This document shows positions 1 through 8,463 of a stretch of 45,255 nt of DNA, one piece after another (positions within the stretch are counted from its first letter, which is position 1; every line of letters starts with the position of its first letter). This stretch comes from an uncultured Oscillospiraceae bacterium (GTDB lineage: Bacteria > Bacillota > Clostridia > Oscillospirales > Oscillospiraceae), in assembly GCA_964426125.1 (NCBI GenBank), contig CAYROZ010000001.1:1-45255 (forward strand), in the 5' to 3' direction. The translations under genes were made by a program, and so were the position numbers. Below the pieces are notes generated by a model, which ran no database searches, was not told the DNA's origin, and worked only from the letters and a program-made list of their open reading frames with translations.

Positions 1-157
1 GCTAACGTTGCGCCACTCCGCTTAAAACTAAATATTACCTACATAGGGGCTTTTTGTACTGTCCGTACAATCTGGGGCAGTTCAGTCGTTTGACCGGCTC
101 TTTTTGCTGCTGTGTTTGATTAGAAACGAAAGCTTCGTTTTATCGTAGGGGCGGAGG

Positions 158-1537
158 TTATCCGCACGTTTCCCCGTCTGCGCCGGAAGCGGCAAAGGCA
201 AGGTGAAGCTCCTGCCGCCGCCACAGCAGCCACGATACCGCCGCGCCGAGCAGCTCCGTGATCCAGAAGGCGTGGAACACGCCCGCCGCCCCGAGCGCGC
301 GGCTGAGAGCCCAGGCCAGCGGCAAAAGCGGCACGATGTACCGCAGCACGGAAATGACGAGCGAGCGGTCGCCCCGGCCAAGCCCCTCGAACGCGCCGGA
401 CACCGCCAGCGACACGGCGGACACCAGAAAGCCCAGGCAAATGATGCGCAGCGCCCCGCGCCCGAGCGCGATGGTTTCGGCGTTTTCCGTAAAAAGTCCG
501 ATCAGCGCACCCGGCACGGCAAGACACAAAACCGTGCCCACGGCCATCACCAGCGCGATGATGCCAAGCGCCGCGCCGAGGATCTTCTTCACGCGCCCGC
601 TCTCGCCCGCGCCGTGGTTATACGCCACCAGCGGCCGCATCCCCTGCACAACGCCGTTTGCCGTCATGTACAAAAAGCTTTGCAGCTTAAAATACGCGCC
701 CAAAACCAGCACATACCCCGCGCCGAAGCCGGACAGGATCGCGTTGAGCGCCGATATCTGCACGGACGGCAGCGCCATGGAAAGCGTGGACGGGATGCCG
801 ATGCCATAAAGCTTTTTGCAAAGCTCCCGCCGCGGGGCCATGGATCTTATCCGCACCCGCACGGCCAGCGGCTTGACCCGGTCGATCAGCAGATATGCAG
901 CCAGCGCCGCCGTTTGGCCGATGCCGGTGGCAAGCGCCGCGCCGCGCATCCCCATGGCCGGAAACGGCCCGAGACCGAAGATCATCAGCGGGTCGAGAAG
1001 AATGTTCACAACGCAGCCGAGCCCCATACACAGCATGGAAACCTTCATCCGGCCCACGGCCTGAAAGGTTTTTTCATACGCAATGGCCACGGCGTTCGGG
1101 ATCGTGAACCAGAAGACAACGTTTGCGTACTGCGTGCCAAGGGAAAGCGTTGTCTCGTCTGCCGTGAACAGCGCGAGGAAATGCGGCGTGATGAAAAGGC
1201 AGAACGCCGTGAGCAAAACGCCGTGCAGCGTGCTCAGCGCCAGACCCAGCGAGGCGCAGCGCTCCGCGTTTTCCCCGTCGCGCGCGCCGAGATAATAGGC
1301 GATCATGGCGTTCGTGCCCACGCCGAAGCCCACCAGTACCGCCACCACGAGATTTTGCAGCGGATACACCAGCGAAAGCGCCGTCATGGCGGCCTCGCTC
1401 ATGCTGGCCACAAAGTAGCTGTCCACGATGTTGTAAAGCGCGCTGACGAGCATTGAAAGCGTCATCGGCAGCGCCATGGATATCACCAGCGGCAGCACGG
1501 GCCGCTCCTTCATAAAGCGCTGACTGGCAAGGTCCAT
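158..1537 (-). CDS. MATE family efflux transporter
   Basis: Longest ORF is 158..1621. Start placed at ATG 1537 because GGAGGGAAGGGC lies directly upstream, while the upstream GTG at 1621 has no usable SD. Polytopic hydrophobic protein with a MATE-like N-terminus (FMKERPVLPLVISMALPMTLSML) and a repeated 6+6 helix pattern. Confidence 0.85.
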   Translation of the reverse strand: MDLASQRFMKERPVLPLVISMALPMTLSMLVSALYNIVDSYFVASMSEAAMTALSLVYPLQNLVVAVLVGFGVGTNAMIAYYLGARDGENAERCASLGLALSTLHGVLLTAFCLFITPHFLALFTADETTLSLGTQYANVVFWFTIPNAVAIAYEKTFQAVGRMKVSMLCMGLGCVVNILLDPLMIFGLGPFPAMGMRGAALATGIGQTAALAAYLLIDRVKPLAVRVRIRSMAPRRELCKKLYGIGIPSTLSMALPSVQISALNAILSGFGAGYVLVLGAYFKLQSFLYMTANGVVQGMRPLVAYNHGAGESGRVKKILGAALGIIALVMAVGTVLCLAVPGALIGLFTENAETIALGRGALRIICLGFLVSAVSLAVSGAFEGLGRGDRSLVISVLRYIVPLLPLAWALSRALGAAGVFHAFWITELLGAAVSWLLWRRQELHLAFAASGADGETCG

Positions 1538-1551
1538 GCCCTTCCCTCCCC

Positions 1552-1586
1552 ATAAAAAATCGCCGCACAGCCGCAGCTGTGTGGCG
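1552..1586 (-). terminator. Intrinsic-terminator-like hairpin inside the MATE leader (candidate attenuator)
   Basis: On the minus strand: CGCCACACAGC-UGCG-GCUGUGCGGCG (11-bp GC-rich stem, one mismatch) followed by AUUUUUUAU. It ends about 14 nt before the MATE start codon. Confidence 0.55.
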
Positions 1587-1646
1587 AAAAATAGAATCGG
1601 TGTGACTCTAGAAAATTCCACTCCATAAACATGGTTTTGGAGCTTT

Positions 1647-1676
1647 ATTATAACAGGCGGCTCATCCCTCTGTCAA
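1647..1676 (-). promoter_or_regulatory. Sigma-A-type promoter for the MATE leader
   Basis: Minus strand TTGACA (1676..1671), 18-nt spacer, TGtTATAAT extended -10 (-10 at 1652..1647). The -35 lies inside the last codons of the histidine kinase gene. Confidence 0.65.
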
Positions 1677-2945
1677 TGCCTTTGGTGTGCGTCCGGCAGC
1701 GGGAAGCGGCAGTGACACCGTGAACCGGCTGCCCACGTTTGGATAGCTCACGAGTGAAAAGCGACCGCCGTGCTGGTCCACGATCCATTTCGCGATGGCT
1801 AACCCTAACCCGCTGCCGCCGGTTTCCGCGCGGGCCTTGTCGCCGCGGAAGAAGCGCTCGAACAGATGCTCCGCGTCGGCCCGGGAAACGCCGCAGCCCG
1901 TGTCCTGCACGCTGATGAGCGCGCGGTCGTCCTGCGTTTTCAGCGAAAGCGTGATGTCGCCGCCGGCGGGGGTATACTTGGCGGCGTTGTCCACCAGAAT
2001 GCGCACGGCCTGCTTGAGCATGGCGGGGTCGGCCCAAACGGTGCAGCCCTCGCCCACACGCAGCGCGTAATGGTGGCTGTCGTCGATGAGAACGGACTCA
2101 TCCCGCAGCTCCTGCAGCATCTTCCCCAGCTCCAGCCGCTCCGGCGTGAAGCGCTGGCGGCCCATATCCCCGCGCGCGAGGAACAGCAGCTGATCGACCA
2201 GCGTTTTCATGTGCTCGGACTCCGTGCGGATGGCTGTGATGGACTCCTGCAATACCTTCGGGTCGTCCTTGCCCCAGCGGTCAAGCATATTGGCGTAGCC
2301 CTGTATCACGGCGATGGGCGTGCGCAGCTCGTGGCTGGCGTCGTCCACAAAGCGGATCTGCTGGCGGTACGACTCGCGCATCCGGGCGATCAGCGAGTTC
2401 ACAGCCGCCTCCAGCGGCTCCATGCTTTGGTGCGCGCGGCCCTCGAGCGTGAGGTGTGCGCCGGGACTGGCGGCGTTTACATGGTCGATGGCCTCGGCCA
2501 CATTGCGGAACAGCTCCTCATCCGGCTCCGCCGCGGACATGGCGCTGGCCGCGCTGGCGATGGAGTCGATGGGCGCGAGAATGCGGCGGATGCGCCGCGC
2601 ACCGAAAAACCAGCGCCACAGCCACGAAAGCGTTTGCAGCGACGAAAAGGCGATGAGCCCCAAGATCAAAAGGGCGGCAAAATCGCCGGCGTATACGGTG
2701 TGCGTGCCGCCGGGACCGAAGCAGTAATACAGCGTCTGCGTGCCGGCGCTGTCCATGAAGAAATAATGCGCCGTGCCGAGATCAATCTGACCCAGCGCGC
2801 TGATCTCCGTTTGCGCGCACCACAGAAACGTGGCCAGAAGGGCCAGCAGCACATCCATCAAAAGCCACTCAAACAGCCGCCGCCACTGCTGCCGCGCATG
2901 GATGCGCCAGGCCATGGCGCGCGCGGTCGTGCGTTTTTTATTCAT
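1662..2945 (-). CDS. Sensor histidine kinase (HisKA + HATPase_c)
   Basis: 427-aa ORF with N-terminal TM segments, H-box FVDDASHELRTPIAV, and ATP-binding boxes ILVDNAAKYT, DTGCGV, GGSGLGLAIAK. Start overlaps the upstream response-regulator stop by 8 nt. Confidence 0.92.
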   Translation of the reverse strand: MNKKRTTARAMAWRIHARQQWRRLFEWLLMDVLLALLATFLWCAQTEISALGQIDLGTAHYFFMDSAGTQTLYYCFGPGGTHTVYAGDFAALLILGLIAFSSLQTLSWLWRWFFGARRIRRILAPIDSIASAASAMSAAEPDEELFRNVAEAIDHVNAASPGAHLTLEGRAHQSMEPLEAAVNSLIARMRESYRQQIRFVDDASHELRTPIAVIQGYANMLDRWGKDDPKVLQESITAIRTESEHMKTLVDQLLFLARGDMGRQRFTPERLELGKMLQELRDESVLIDDSHHYALRVGEGCTVWADPAMLKQAVRILVDNAAKYTPAGGDITLSLKTQDDRALISVQDTGCGVSRADAEHLFERFFRGDKARAETGGSGLGLAIAKWIVDQHGGRFSLVSYPNVGSRFTVSLPLPAAGRTPKALTEG

Positions 2946-3618
2946 CCTTTATCACATACCCCACGCCGCGCACGGTGCGGATCATCTCCACGCCGAAGCG
3001 CTCATCGATCTTCTGGCGCAGATAGCGCACATACACATCCGCCACGTTCGTTTCGCCAACGTAGTCGTAGCCCCAAACGCGTTCCAGCAGCGTGTCGCGG
3101 CTGCAAACGATGTTCCGGTTTTCCAAAAGCGTCTGCAAAAGCGCAAATTCCCGCGCCGTCAGGGATATCTCCGTGCCGTTGTAGCTTACGCTGTGGGCCG
3201 GAACGTTCATGCTCAAACCCCGCCAGCAAAGCGGCGCGTCGGCCGCCTCCGGCTGCTTTTCCCGCCGCCGCAGCAAAACGCGGATGCGCGCGAGCAGCTC
3301 CTCAATGGCGAAGGGCTTGGTGATATAGTCGTCCGCGCCGAGATCGAGCCCGCTCACCTTGTCCATCACGGCGTCGCGCGCCGTGAGCAGTATCACGGGC
3401 ATCTGCGAGCTTTTCCGCAGCCGCCGCAAAAGCTCCAGTCCGCTCAGCTCCGGCAGCATGATGTCCAAAACCAGCAGATCATACTGCCCGCTTTCCGCCA
3501 TGGCAAGACCCGTGCGTCCGTCGCCGGCCTTCGCGGCCTGATAGCCCTCGTGCTCCAGCTCCAGCTCCAGAAAGCGCGCGATCTTTTCCTCGTCCTCCAC
3601 AATGAGTATGCTGGCCAT
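2938..3618 (-). CDS. OmpR/PhoB-family response regulator
   Basis: Start moved to ATG 3618 (SD CAGGAGG upstream). Receiver motifs ILIVEDEE, LLVLDIMLP, ILLTA. Winged-helix C-terminus (IRTVRGVGYVI). Confidence 0.93.
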   Translation of the reverse strand: MASILIVEDEEKIARFLELELEHEGYQAAKAGDGRTGLAMAESGQYDLLVLDIMLPELSGLELLRRLRKSSQMPVILLTARDAVMDKVSGLDLGADDYITKPFAIEELLARIRVLLRRREKQPEAADAPLCWRGLSMNVPAHSVSYNGTEISLTAREFALLQTLLENRNIVCSRDTLLERVWGYDYVGETNVADVYVRYLRQKIDERFGVEMIRTVRGVGYVIKDE

Positions 3619-3635
3619 GTTTTCCGCCTCCTGTT

Positions 3636-4604
3636 TTATTTCTGGCCCGAAAGCCACGCAAGCGCCGCGTCCAGCGGGGTGTCCGTCACCTCGTCCGGGG
3701 CGATGGGGTCGGCCTCGAATATCTCGCCGGTGCGGGCCTTGTCCGCCGCCACCGTCAGATACATCACGGCCCCGTCATACAGCGAAAACGCGCGGTTTAC
3801 GCTGCAATAGCCCGCCGTGGCCGCGCCAAAGCTGCGCGTGGCGTCCAGCCCCCGGAAGCACAGCAGCACCAGCTCGCCGGACGAGCCGGTTTCCCCGTCG
3901 GTCAAAAGCGCCACGGGCACATCGATCTTTTCGCCGGGATATTGGCTCGTGCCGCCGCTGCCCGCGTTGGAAAGCGTTCCGCCCGAGAGCGTCACGGGCA
4001 GGTCATAGCCCGCGTAGGCATAGGATACCAGCTCCCCGTCCGGCAAAAGCTGCGAAAGCGCCGTGAGCATGGGGCCGCAGTCGCCGCCGGTGTTTCCGCG
4101 CAGATCGACCACCGCGCCCCGGATCGCCGCGCGGTTTTCGTTCAGAAAATCCTCCACCACGGCGCTGTACTCCGCGCGCCGGGCCGCGTCGCCCGTGAAG
4201 GCCGGCAGCTTTATCACAGCCACGTCGCCCTGCATATACGCCTGCGGCAGCTCGCTTTCGGCGGCCTGCTCGGCAGCCTCGGTTTCCGTTTGCAGGAAGG
4301 AATGCTTCCCGCCGCCCACAGCCAACGCCCGCTCGATTACGCTGTGGCAGTCGGTGTAGCTTTCCACATCCGCCAGTGCGGCGAGGCATTCGTCATAGCA
4401 TTCGTGCCATTCGTCGCCCGAGGCATAAAGCCCGTAGGCGTCGATCTGCGCAAGGGCCTGCTCGCCATAGGCTTTGGCGCTCGGCGGCAGCAGATAAAAG
4501 CCGAAGCGCGGGCCGAACTTGACGGCCGCAAAGACCGCAAGACCCAGCACCAGTGCCAAAACCAGCGCCACGGCGGCCAGAATGATCCAGGTTTTCTTTT
4601 TCAT
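3636..4604 (-). CDS. S41-family serine peptidase, membrane anchored
   Basis: Start at ATG 4604 (MKKKTWIILAAVALVL, N-terminal TM). S41 signature VVDLRGNTGGD and serine motif TDGETGSSGE. Only 17 nt upstream of the response-regulator gene. Confidence 0.8.
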   Translation of the reverse strand: MKKKTWIILAAVALVLALVLGLAVFAAVKFGPRFGFYLLPPSAKAYGEQALAQIDAYGLYASGDEWHECYDECLAALADVESYTDCHSVIERALAVGGGKHSFLQTETEAAEQAAESELPQAYMQGDVAVIKLPAFTGDAARRAEYSAVVEDFLNENRAAIRGAVVDLRGNTGGDCGPMLTALSQLLPDGELVSYAYAGYDLPVTLSGGTLSNAGSGGTSQYPGEKIDVPVALLTDGETGSSGELVLLCFRGLDATRSFGAATAGYCSVNRAFSLYDGAVMYLTVAADKARTGEIFEADPIAPDEVTDTPLDAALAWLSGQK

Positions 4605-4658
4605 CGTCTCATACGCGCCAACCCGCACGGGGTGTCGTGCGGGCGGCTTTCCTTTTCT

Positions 4659-5204
4659 TTACTGTTTGTTGTTCTGGTCGCGCTTGTCGATCTCGGCGTT
4701 CACGCGGTCCTTCACGCTTTCGGCGATGTCGGCGGCCTTGTCGGAAACGGCGGCCACGGTTTCGGCGGCCCTGGTGCCGGTGGTGTCCGGGCCATGGATG
4801 GTGTAGCGCAGGTCAAAGAACAGGCCCACGATCATCGCGGGGATGATGACCCAGAAGCAGCAGCACACCAGGATGATGAACACCAAAATGGGCAGCTCCA
4901 GCAGCGTTTCGCCCCGGCGAACGGCGGCCACGGAATTGCGGCAGCTCTTTTTCACCAGCTCCCAGCACCAGCGCATGGCGCGGGAAAAGGCGTTGGGCTC
5001 GCGCTTTTTGGCGGTTTCGGGCGCGAAGTAAGCTGGCTTTTCCGGCGTGGTGTAGGAGGCGCCCTCGTTGGCCTTACCGTCCTTTTCCAGCTCGATCATC
5101 GCGTCGAGAATGTCCCAGTCGTTGCGCTCAAGGATGGCCTTGGCCTCCTCATAGCTCAGGTTCGCAATGGAGCGAAGCTTTTCTACCAGTTCAAGATGTG
5201 TCAT
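4659..5204 (-). CDS. UBA/EF-Ts-N-like domain membrane protein (DUF4342-like), function unknown
   Basis: SD AAGGAGGAAAAAACAAA precedes ATG 5204. N-terminus LELVEKLRSIANLSYEEAKAILERNDWDILDAMIELEK resembles UBA/Ts-N helices. One central TM segment and a charged C-terminus. Confidence 0.6.
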   Translation of the reverse strand: MTHLELVEKLRSIANLSYEEAKAILERNDWDILDAMIELEKDGKANEGASYTTPEKPAYFAPETAKKREPNAFSRAMRWCWELVKKSCRNSVAAVRRGETLLELPILVFIILVCCCFWVIIPAMIVGLFFDLRYTIHGPDTTGTRAAETVAAVSDKAADIAESVKDRVNAEIDKRDQNNKQ

Positions 5205-5237
5205 TTGTTTTTTCCTCCTTGTTTTTTCATTGGCATC

Positions 5238-5266
5238 AATATACCAGAGGAAAATTAAACTGCCAT
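5238..5266 (-). promoter_or_regulatory. Promoter of the DUF4342-like gene
   Basis: Minus strand ATGGCA (5266..5261), 17-nt spacer, TGgTATATT extended -10 (-10 at 5243..5238), about 30 nt upstream of the ATG. Confidence 0.55.
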
Positions 5267-5298
5267 GCGGATAAAATTAGAAAACGGTTAAAAGAAGC

Positions 5299-6114
5299 TC
5301 AGAGTTTGATAAAAAGGCTGGTGCTGCCGTTTGCGGCGCCGCCGTCCGTGTCGTGCAGCGGCGTGCGGTCCTCCGCCGCGCGCAAACCGCAGGCGCGCCC
5401 GTTCACGGAAAGCGAAACTGTGCAGCCCCTTTGGCCAAACACCGGCTCGCGTCCCTCCGCCAGCGCCAAAAGCGCCGCGATGGGGTCGCAGTCCGCGCCG
5501 AAATGCAGCGCCGTTGCCGCCAGCGCGCCGATGCCCTCGTTTATGGACACGATCACGGCCCTTCCGCCGGAAAAGACGCACTTGAGCTCCATTGCGCCCT
5601 CCAGCGCCAGCGCCTCGCCCAGCTGGCGTGCCAGCGCTTCCGCGGCCTGGGCCGGGTCCTTTGCGGCGGGATAAACGGCGCCGCAGCGGTCGTAGCGGTC
5701 GTCCATCACCAGCTCCACGGCCGGGCAGACGAAAAGCTGGCCGTTAAAGCCCAGAAACGTCACGGAAAAAATCGGCCCGCGCAGCTCCTCCTGCACCAGA
5801 AAGCCCGCGTTGATGCCGCCGCCGGCCTCGCAGAAATCCTCTGTGGACCAGATGCCGCGCCCGCAGGTGTTGTTTGCGGGCTTTACGATGAACGGCTCGC
5901 TGCCGGCGGGAAAATCGTGCGGCTGGGGCAGCGCGTGCGCGGCAAAGAAATCGTGCGCGGCGTGCTTGTCGGAGCACAGCGTGCGGGCCGGCTCGTTGCA
6001 GCCGAGCGACAGCGCGGCCCCCTGCGCCGCATCCGCGCAGGTCAGTCCGTCCCGCCCGGCCAGATAGCGCGCCTCGGCGGGAAACAGGGTGTTTTCGGGA
6101 ATATAAACCGTCAT
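5299..6114 (-). CDS. ATP-grasp domain protein (PylC-like short form)
   Basis: SD AAGGAG lies 10 nt upstream of ATG 6114. ATP-grasp-like blocks FIVKPANNTCGRGI, LVQEELRGPIFSVTFLG, DDRYDRCGAVYPA, MELKCVFSGGRAVIVSINEG resemble the PylC/carboxylate-amine ligase core. No recognisable N-terminal pre-ATP-grasp domain. Confidence 0.6.
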   Translation of the reverse strand: MTVYIPENTLFPAEARYLAGRDGLTCADAAQGAALSLGCNEPARTLCSDKHAAHDFFAAHALPQPHDFPAGSEPFIVKPANNTCGRGIWSTEDFCEAGGGINAGFLVQEELRGPIFSVTFLGFNGQLFVCPAVELVMDDRYDRCGAVYPAAKDPAQAAEALARQLGEALALEGAMELKCVFSGGRAVIVSINEGIGALAATALHFGADCDPIAALLALAEGREPVFGQRGCTVSLSVNGRACGLRAAEDRTPLHDTDGGAANGSTSLFIKL

Positions 6115-6184
6115 GGATGAAAGGCTCCTTATTCAAAATCGGGGAACTTTTGGCGCGTTTCGGCGTCCAAAGCTCGCAGAACCA

Positions 6185-6193
6185 TGTTATAAT
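6185..6193 (+). promoter_or_regulatory. Extended -10 element upstream of the chagasin-like gene
   Basis: TGtTATAAT, with TATAAT at 6188..6193. No good -35. About 40 nt upstream of ATG 6232. Confidence 0.45.
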
Positions 6194-6231
6194 ATTGAAA
6201 ACCACAAATCAAGATGCCGGAGGCGAGAAAA

Positions 6232-6633
6232 ATGAAAAAATGGCTGCTGCTGGCGCTGTTTGCGCTCTTTCCGATCACGCTGACCGCCTGCGCGGGCGCG
6301 TCCCGGCCCGACACGGCCTATGTGCAAAACGGCGCGCTGTTTGTCTCGCTGGAGGGAAACCCCGCCACGGGCTATGAATGGACCTGGGACGGCGCGGGCG
6401 AGTCCGGCTGTCTTTCCGGCGGCGCGCGCGAGTATATGCCCCACCCCGCTGCAAAGCCGGAGCTTGGCGCCGGCGGGGTGTTCACTTTCCGCTTTGACCC
6501 GGTGGCCGCGGGCGAGCAGACGCTGCACTTTTCTTACGCCCGCAGCTGGCAGAGCGGCAGCACCATTGAGGAATACGAGCTCACCGTCACCGTGTGCGAG
6601 GGGAAAAACGGCTTCGACATGAGCTGGAAATAA
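6232..6633 (+). CDS. Chagasin-family (MEROPS I42) cysteine-peptidase inhibitor lipoprotein
   Basis: Start at ATG 6232 (SD GGAGGCGAGAAAA). Lipobox LTAC after the signal peptide. The three chagasin loop signatures are present: GNPATGYEW, LGAGGVFTF, YARSWQ. Confidence 0.75.
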   Translation: MKKWLLLALFALFPITLTACAGASRPDTAYVQNGALFVSLEGNPATGYEWTWDGAGESGCLSGGAREYMPHPAAKPELGAGGVFTFRFDPVAAGEQTLHFSYARSWQSGSTIEEYELTVTVCEGKNGFDMSWK

Positions 6634-6643
6634 AAAAACGCAC

Positions 6644-6677
6644 AAAACCGCCCATCCAAACGGACAGGCGGTTTTTT
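6644..6677. terminator. Bidirectional rho-independent terminator (chagasin-like gene / upp operon)
   Basis: AAAACCGCC (6644..6652) pairs with GGCGGTTTT (6667..6675). T-run follows on the plus strand and A-run precedes (T-run for the minus strand). Sits between convergent genes. Confidence 0.8.
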
Positions 6678-6694
6678 CGTTAGAAAAGAGCGGA

Positions 6695-7324
6695 TTATTT
6701 TGTGCCGAAGATGCGGTCGCCGGCGTCGCCGAGACCGGGCACGATGTAGCCGTGGTCGTTCAGATGCTCGTCCTGCGCGGCGACATAGATGTCCACGTCG
6801 GGGTGCGCCTCCTGCACGGCGGCGATGCCCTCGGGCGCGGCGATGATGCACATGAGCTTGAGGTTTTTCACGCCCACTTCCTTGAGGAACTGGACCGCGG
6901 CAACGGCACTGCCGCCGGTGGCCAGCATGGGGTCAACAATGATCACGTCGCGCTCGGCGATGTCGGGCGGCATCTTGAAGTAGTACTTCACCGGCTCGAG
7001 CGTCTCCGGGTCGCGGAACAGGCCGATGTGGCCCACCTTTACATTCGGCATCATGGCGACCATGCCGTCCACCATGCCGAGACCGGCGCGCAGAATGGGC
7101 ACGATGGCCAGCTTCTTGCCGGCGATGCGGTGGCACACGGCGGTGGCCACGGGGGTTTCTACTTTCACTTCTTCCAGCGGCAGATCGCGCGTGGCTTCAT
7201 AGCACATCAGCTGAGCGATCTCGCCCACGAGCTCGCGGAATACCTTCACGCTGGTGTTCTTGTCGCGCAGGATGGACAGCTTGTGCTGAATCAGGGGATG
7301 GTCGAAAACGTAAACCTTGCTCAT
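6695..7324 (-). CDS. upp: Uracil phosphoribosyltransferase
   Basis: Start at ATG 7324 ([21 protein letters not shown]). Canonical Upp length of 209 aa. PRPP-binding motif [14 protein letters not shown]-terminus [17 protein letters not shown]. Confidence 0.97.
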   Translation of the reverse strand: MSKVYVFDHPLIQHKLSILRDKNTSVKVFRELVGEIAQLMCYEATRDLPLEEVKVETPVATAVCHRIAGKKLAIVPILRAGLGMVDGMVAMMPNVKVGHIGLFRDPETLEPVKYYFKMPPDIAERDVIIVDPMLATGGSAVAAVQFLKEVGVKNLKLMCIIAAPEGIAAVQEAHPDVDIYVAAQDEHLNDHGYIVPGLGDAGDRIFGTK

Positions 7325-8040
7325 GATCTTTCGTTCTCCTTTTTGTTGTCTTGCATTCGCTCCTGTCGTTCCCGCTCGGCCTGACTGAGCCGAAGGTAAA
7401 CCGGCAAAAGATCGTCCGCCGCGGCGAGCGGCTTGCCCATCGCAGCCAGTCCGACGCCCCGCGCGCACTGCATTCGCAGTCCGTCGGGAGCCAAACGCAG
7501 CGTTAGAGTATCTTTATCCAAAGCATTATAACACAGTTGCGCGCCGTCTCCAAGTAAAATCCATGATTTTTCCGGATAAGTTTTCAGCTCCGCCTCCAGC
7601 TCCGCGATGGAGATGGCCCGGTCGGCACACAGCCGTTCGGGCTTGCCGCCGCGAATTTCAAACAGCGCGTTATAAACCTGGCTGCGCCGCGCGTCCATCA
7701 CGCAGCAGAGCATCGCGCCCTCCGCGTCCGGCCCGCCATAGGCCATGGCCTCCAGCGTGGAAACGCCAACGGCTGCTATGTCCAGCGCCCAGGCGAGGCC
7801 CTTGGCCGCCGCCATGCCGATGCGAAGGCCTGTGAAGCTGCCCGGCCCATGTGCCACGGCCACGCAGCCGAGCTCACGCACCGCGTGCCCCGTGTTTTTC
7901 AAAAGGGCTTCGGCCATGGGCAGAAGCGTGCTGCTGTGGGTAAGACCGTCGGCCTGAAAATACTGGCCGAGAAATTTGTCGCCGTCAAACAGGGCCGCCG
8001 AGGCGGTCTTGGCGGACGATTCCAGCGCGAGAGTCAGCAT
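7321..8040 (-). CDS. tsaB: tRNA t6A biosynthesis protein TsaB
   Basis: N-terminus [17 protein letters not shown] and [11 protein letters not shown] motif. Located in the tsa cluster. Stop overlaps the upp start by 4 nt. Confidence 0.9.
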   Translation of the reverse strand: MLTLALESSAKTASAALFDGDKFLGQYFQADGLTHSSTLLPMAEALLKNTGHAVRELGCVAVAHGPGSFTGLRIGMAAAKGLAWALDIAAVGVSTLEAMAYGGPDAEGAMLCCVMDARRSQVYNALFEIRGGKPERLCADRAISIAELEAELKTYPEKSWILLGDGAQLCYNALDKDTLTLRLAPDGLRMQCARGVGLAAMGKPLAAADDLLPVYLRLSQAERERQERMQDNKKENERS

Positions 8041-8459
8041 ATCCCGTCGCCTCCTTCGATGGTGATGCGGCGGCCATCGCCGCCGGTTTTCTCAAAGCGC
8101 ACAACGATCTCGCTGCCGTCGAACGCCTCGGCCACGTTCTCGCTCCACTCCACGGCGCAAACGCCGCCGCGCGCGAGATAATCGTCCCAGCCGATGTCGA
8201 ACAGCTCGTCCGCCGAGCCGAGACGGTACATATCAAAATGAAACAGACTCCGTGCGCCCTCGTATTCGTTCACGATGGTGAACGTGGGCGAATTGACCAG
8301 CGTTTCGATGCCCATGCCGCGCGCCATGCCGCGCACGAAGGCCGTTTTGCCGCTGCCAAGCTCGCCGAAAAAGGCCACCACTGCGCCGTCCGGCAGGCTC
8401 TCGGCGATCTTCGCGCCCAGCGCCTCGGTTTCGGCCTCGGAATTGGTTATGTAGGTCAT
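8034..8459 (-). CDS. tsaE: tRNA t6A biosynthesis ATPase TsaE
   Basis: Start at ATG 8459. P-loop GELGSGKTAF, SPTFTIVNEY, and FHFDMYRL signature. Confidence 0.94.
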   Translation of the reverse strand: MTYITNSEAETEALGAKIAESLPDGAVVAFFGELGSGKTAFVRGMARGMGIETLVNSPTFTIVNEYEGARSLFHFDMYRLGSADELFDIGWDDYLARGGVCAVEWSENVAEAFDGSEIVVRFEKTGGDGRRITIEGGDGIC

Positions 8460-8463
8460 TGGG

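Noticed and set aside
1-157. AT-rich, hairpin-containing stretch downstream of the first MATE gene (TTGTAC-N5-GTACAA at 54..70, AAACGAA-AGC-TTCGTTT at 124..140). It could be a small RNA or a terminator.
   Set aside because: The hairpins are short and lack a clear U-tract in the minus orientation. The region is cut by the window edge and I cannot match it to any RNA family. This is too weak to call.
1538-1621. In-frame 28-codon N-terminal extension of the MATE ORF (GTG 1621), and a possible leader peptide starting at the AUG in CCAUGUUUAUGG.
   Set aside because: Neither start has a usable SD, whereas ATG 1537 has a strong one. The extension would run through the terminator hairpin. The AUG-initiated frame has no SD and simply runs out of frame into the gene.
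6695-7468. N-terminal extensions of several longest ORFs: upp to 7468, tsaE to 8528, the lipoprotein to 14423, the DUF4367 protein to 15292, the GltD-like protein to 18870, and the carboxypeptidase from 42470.
   Set aside because: The extensions are Arg/Gly/Ala-rich, overlap upstream genes, and lack an SD. Internal starts give canonical N-termini with good SD sequences or ATGA coupling.
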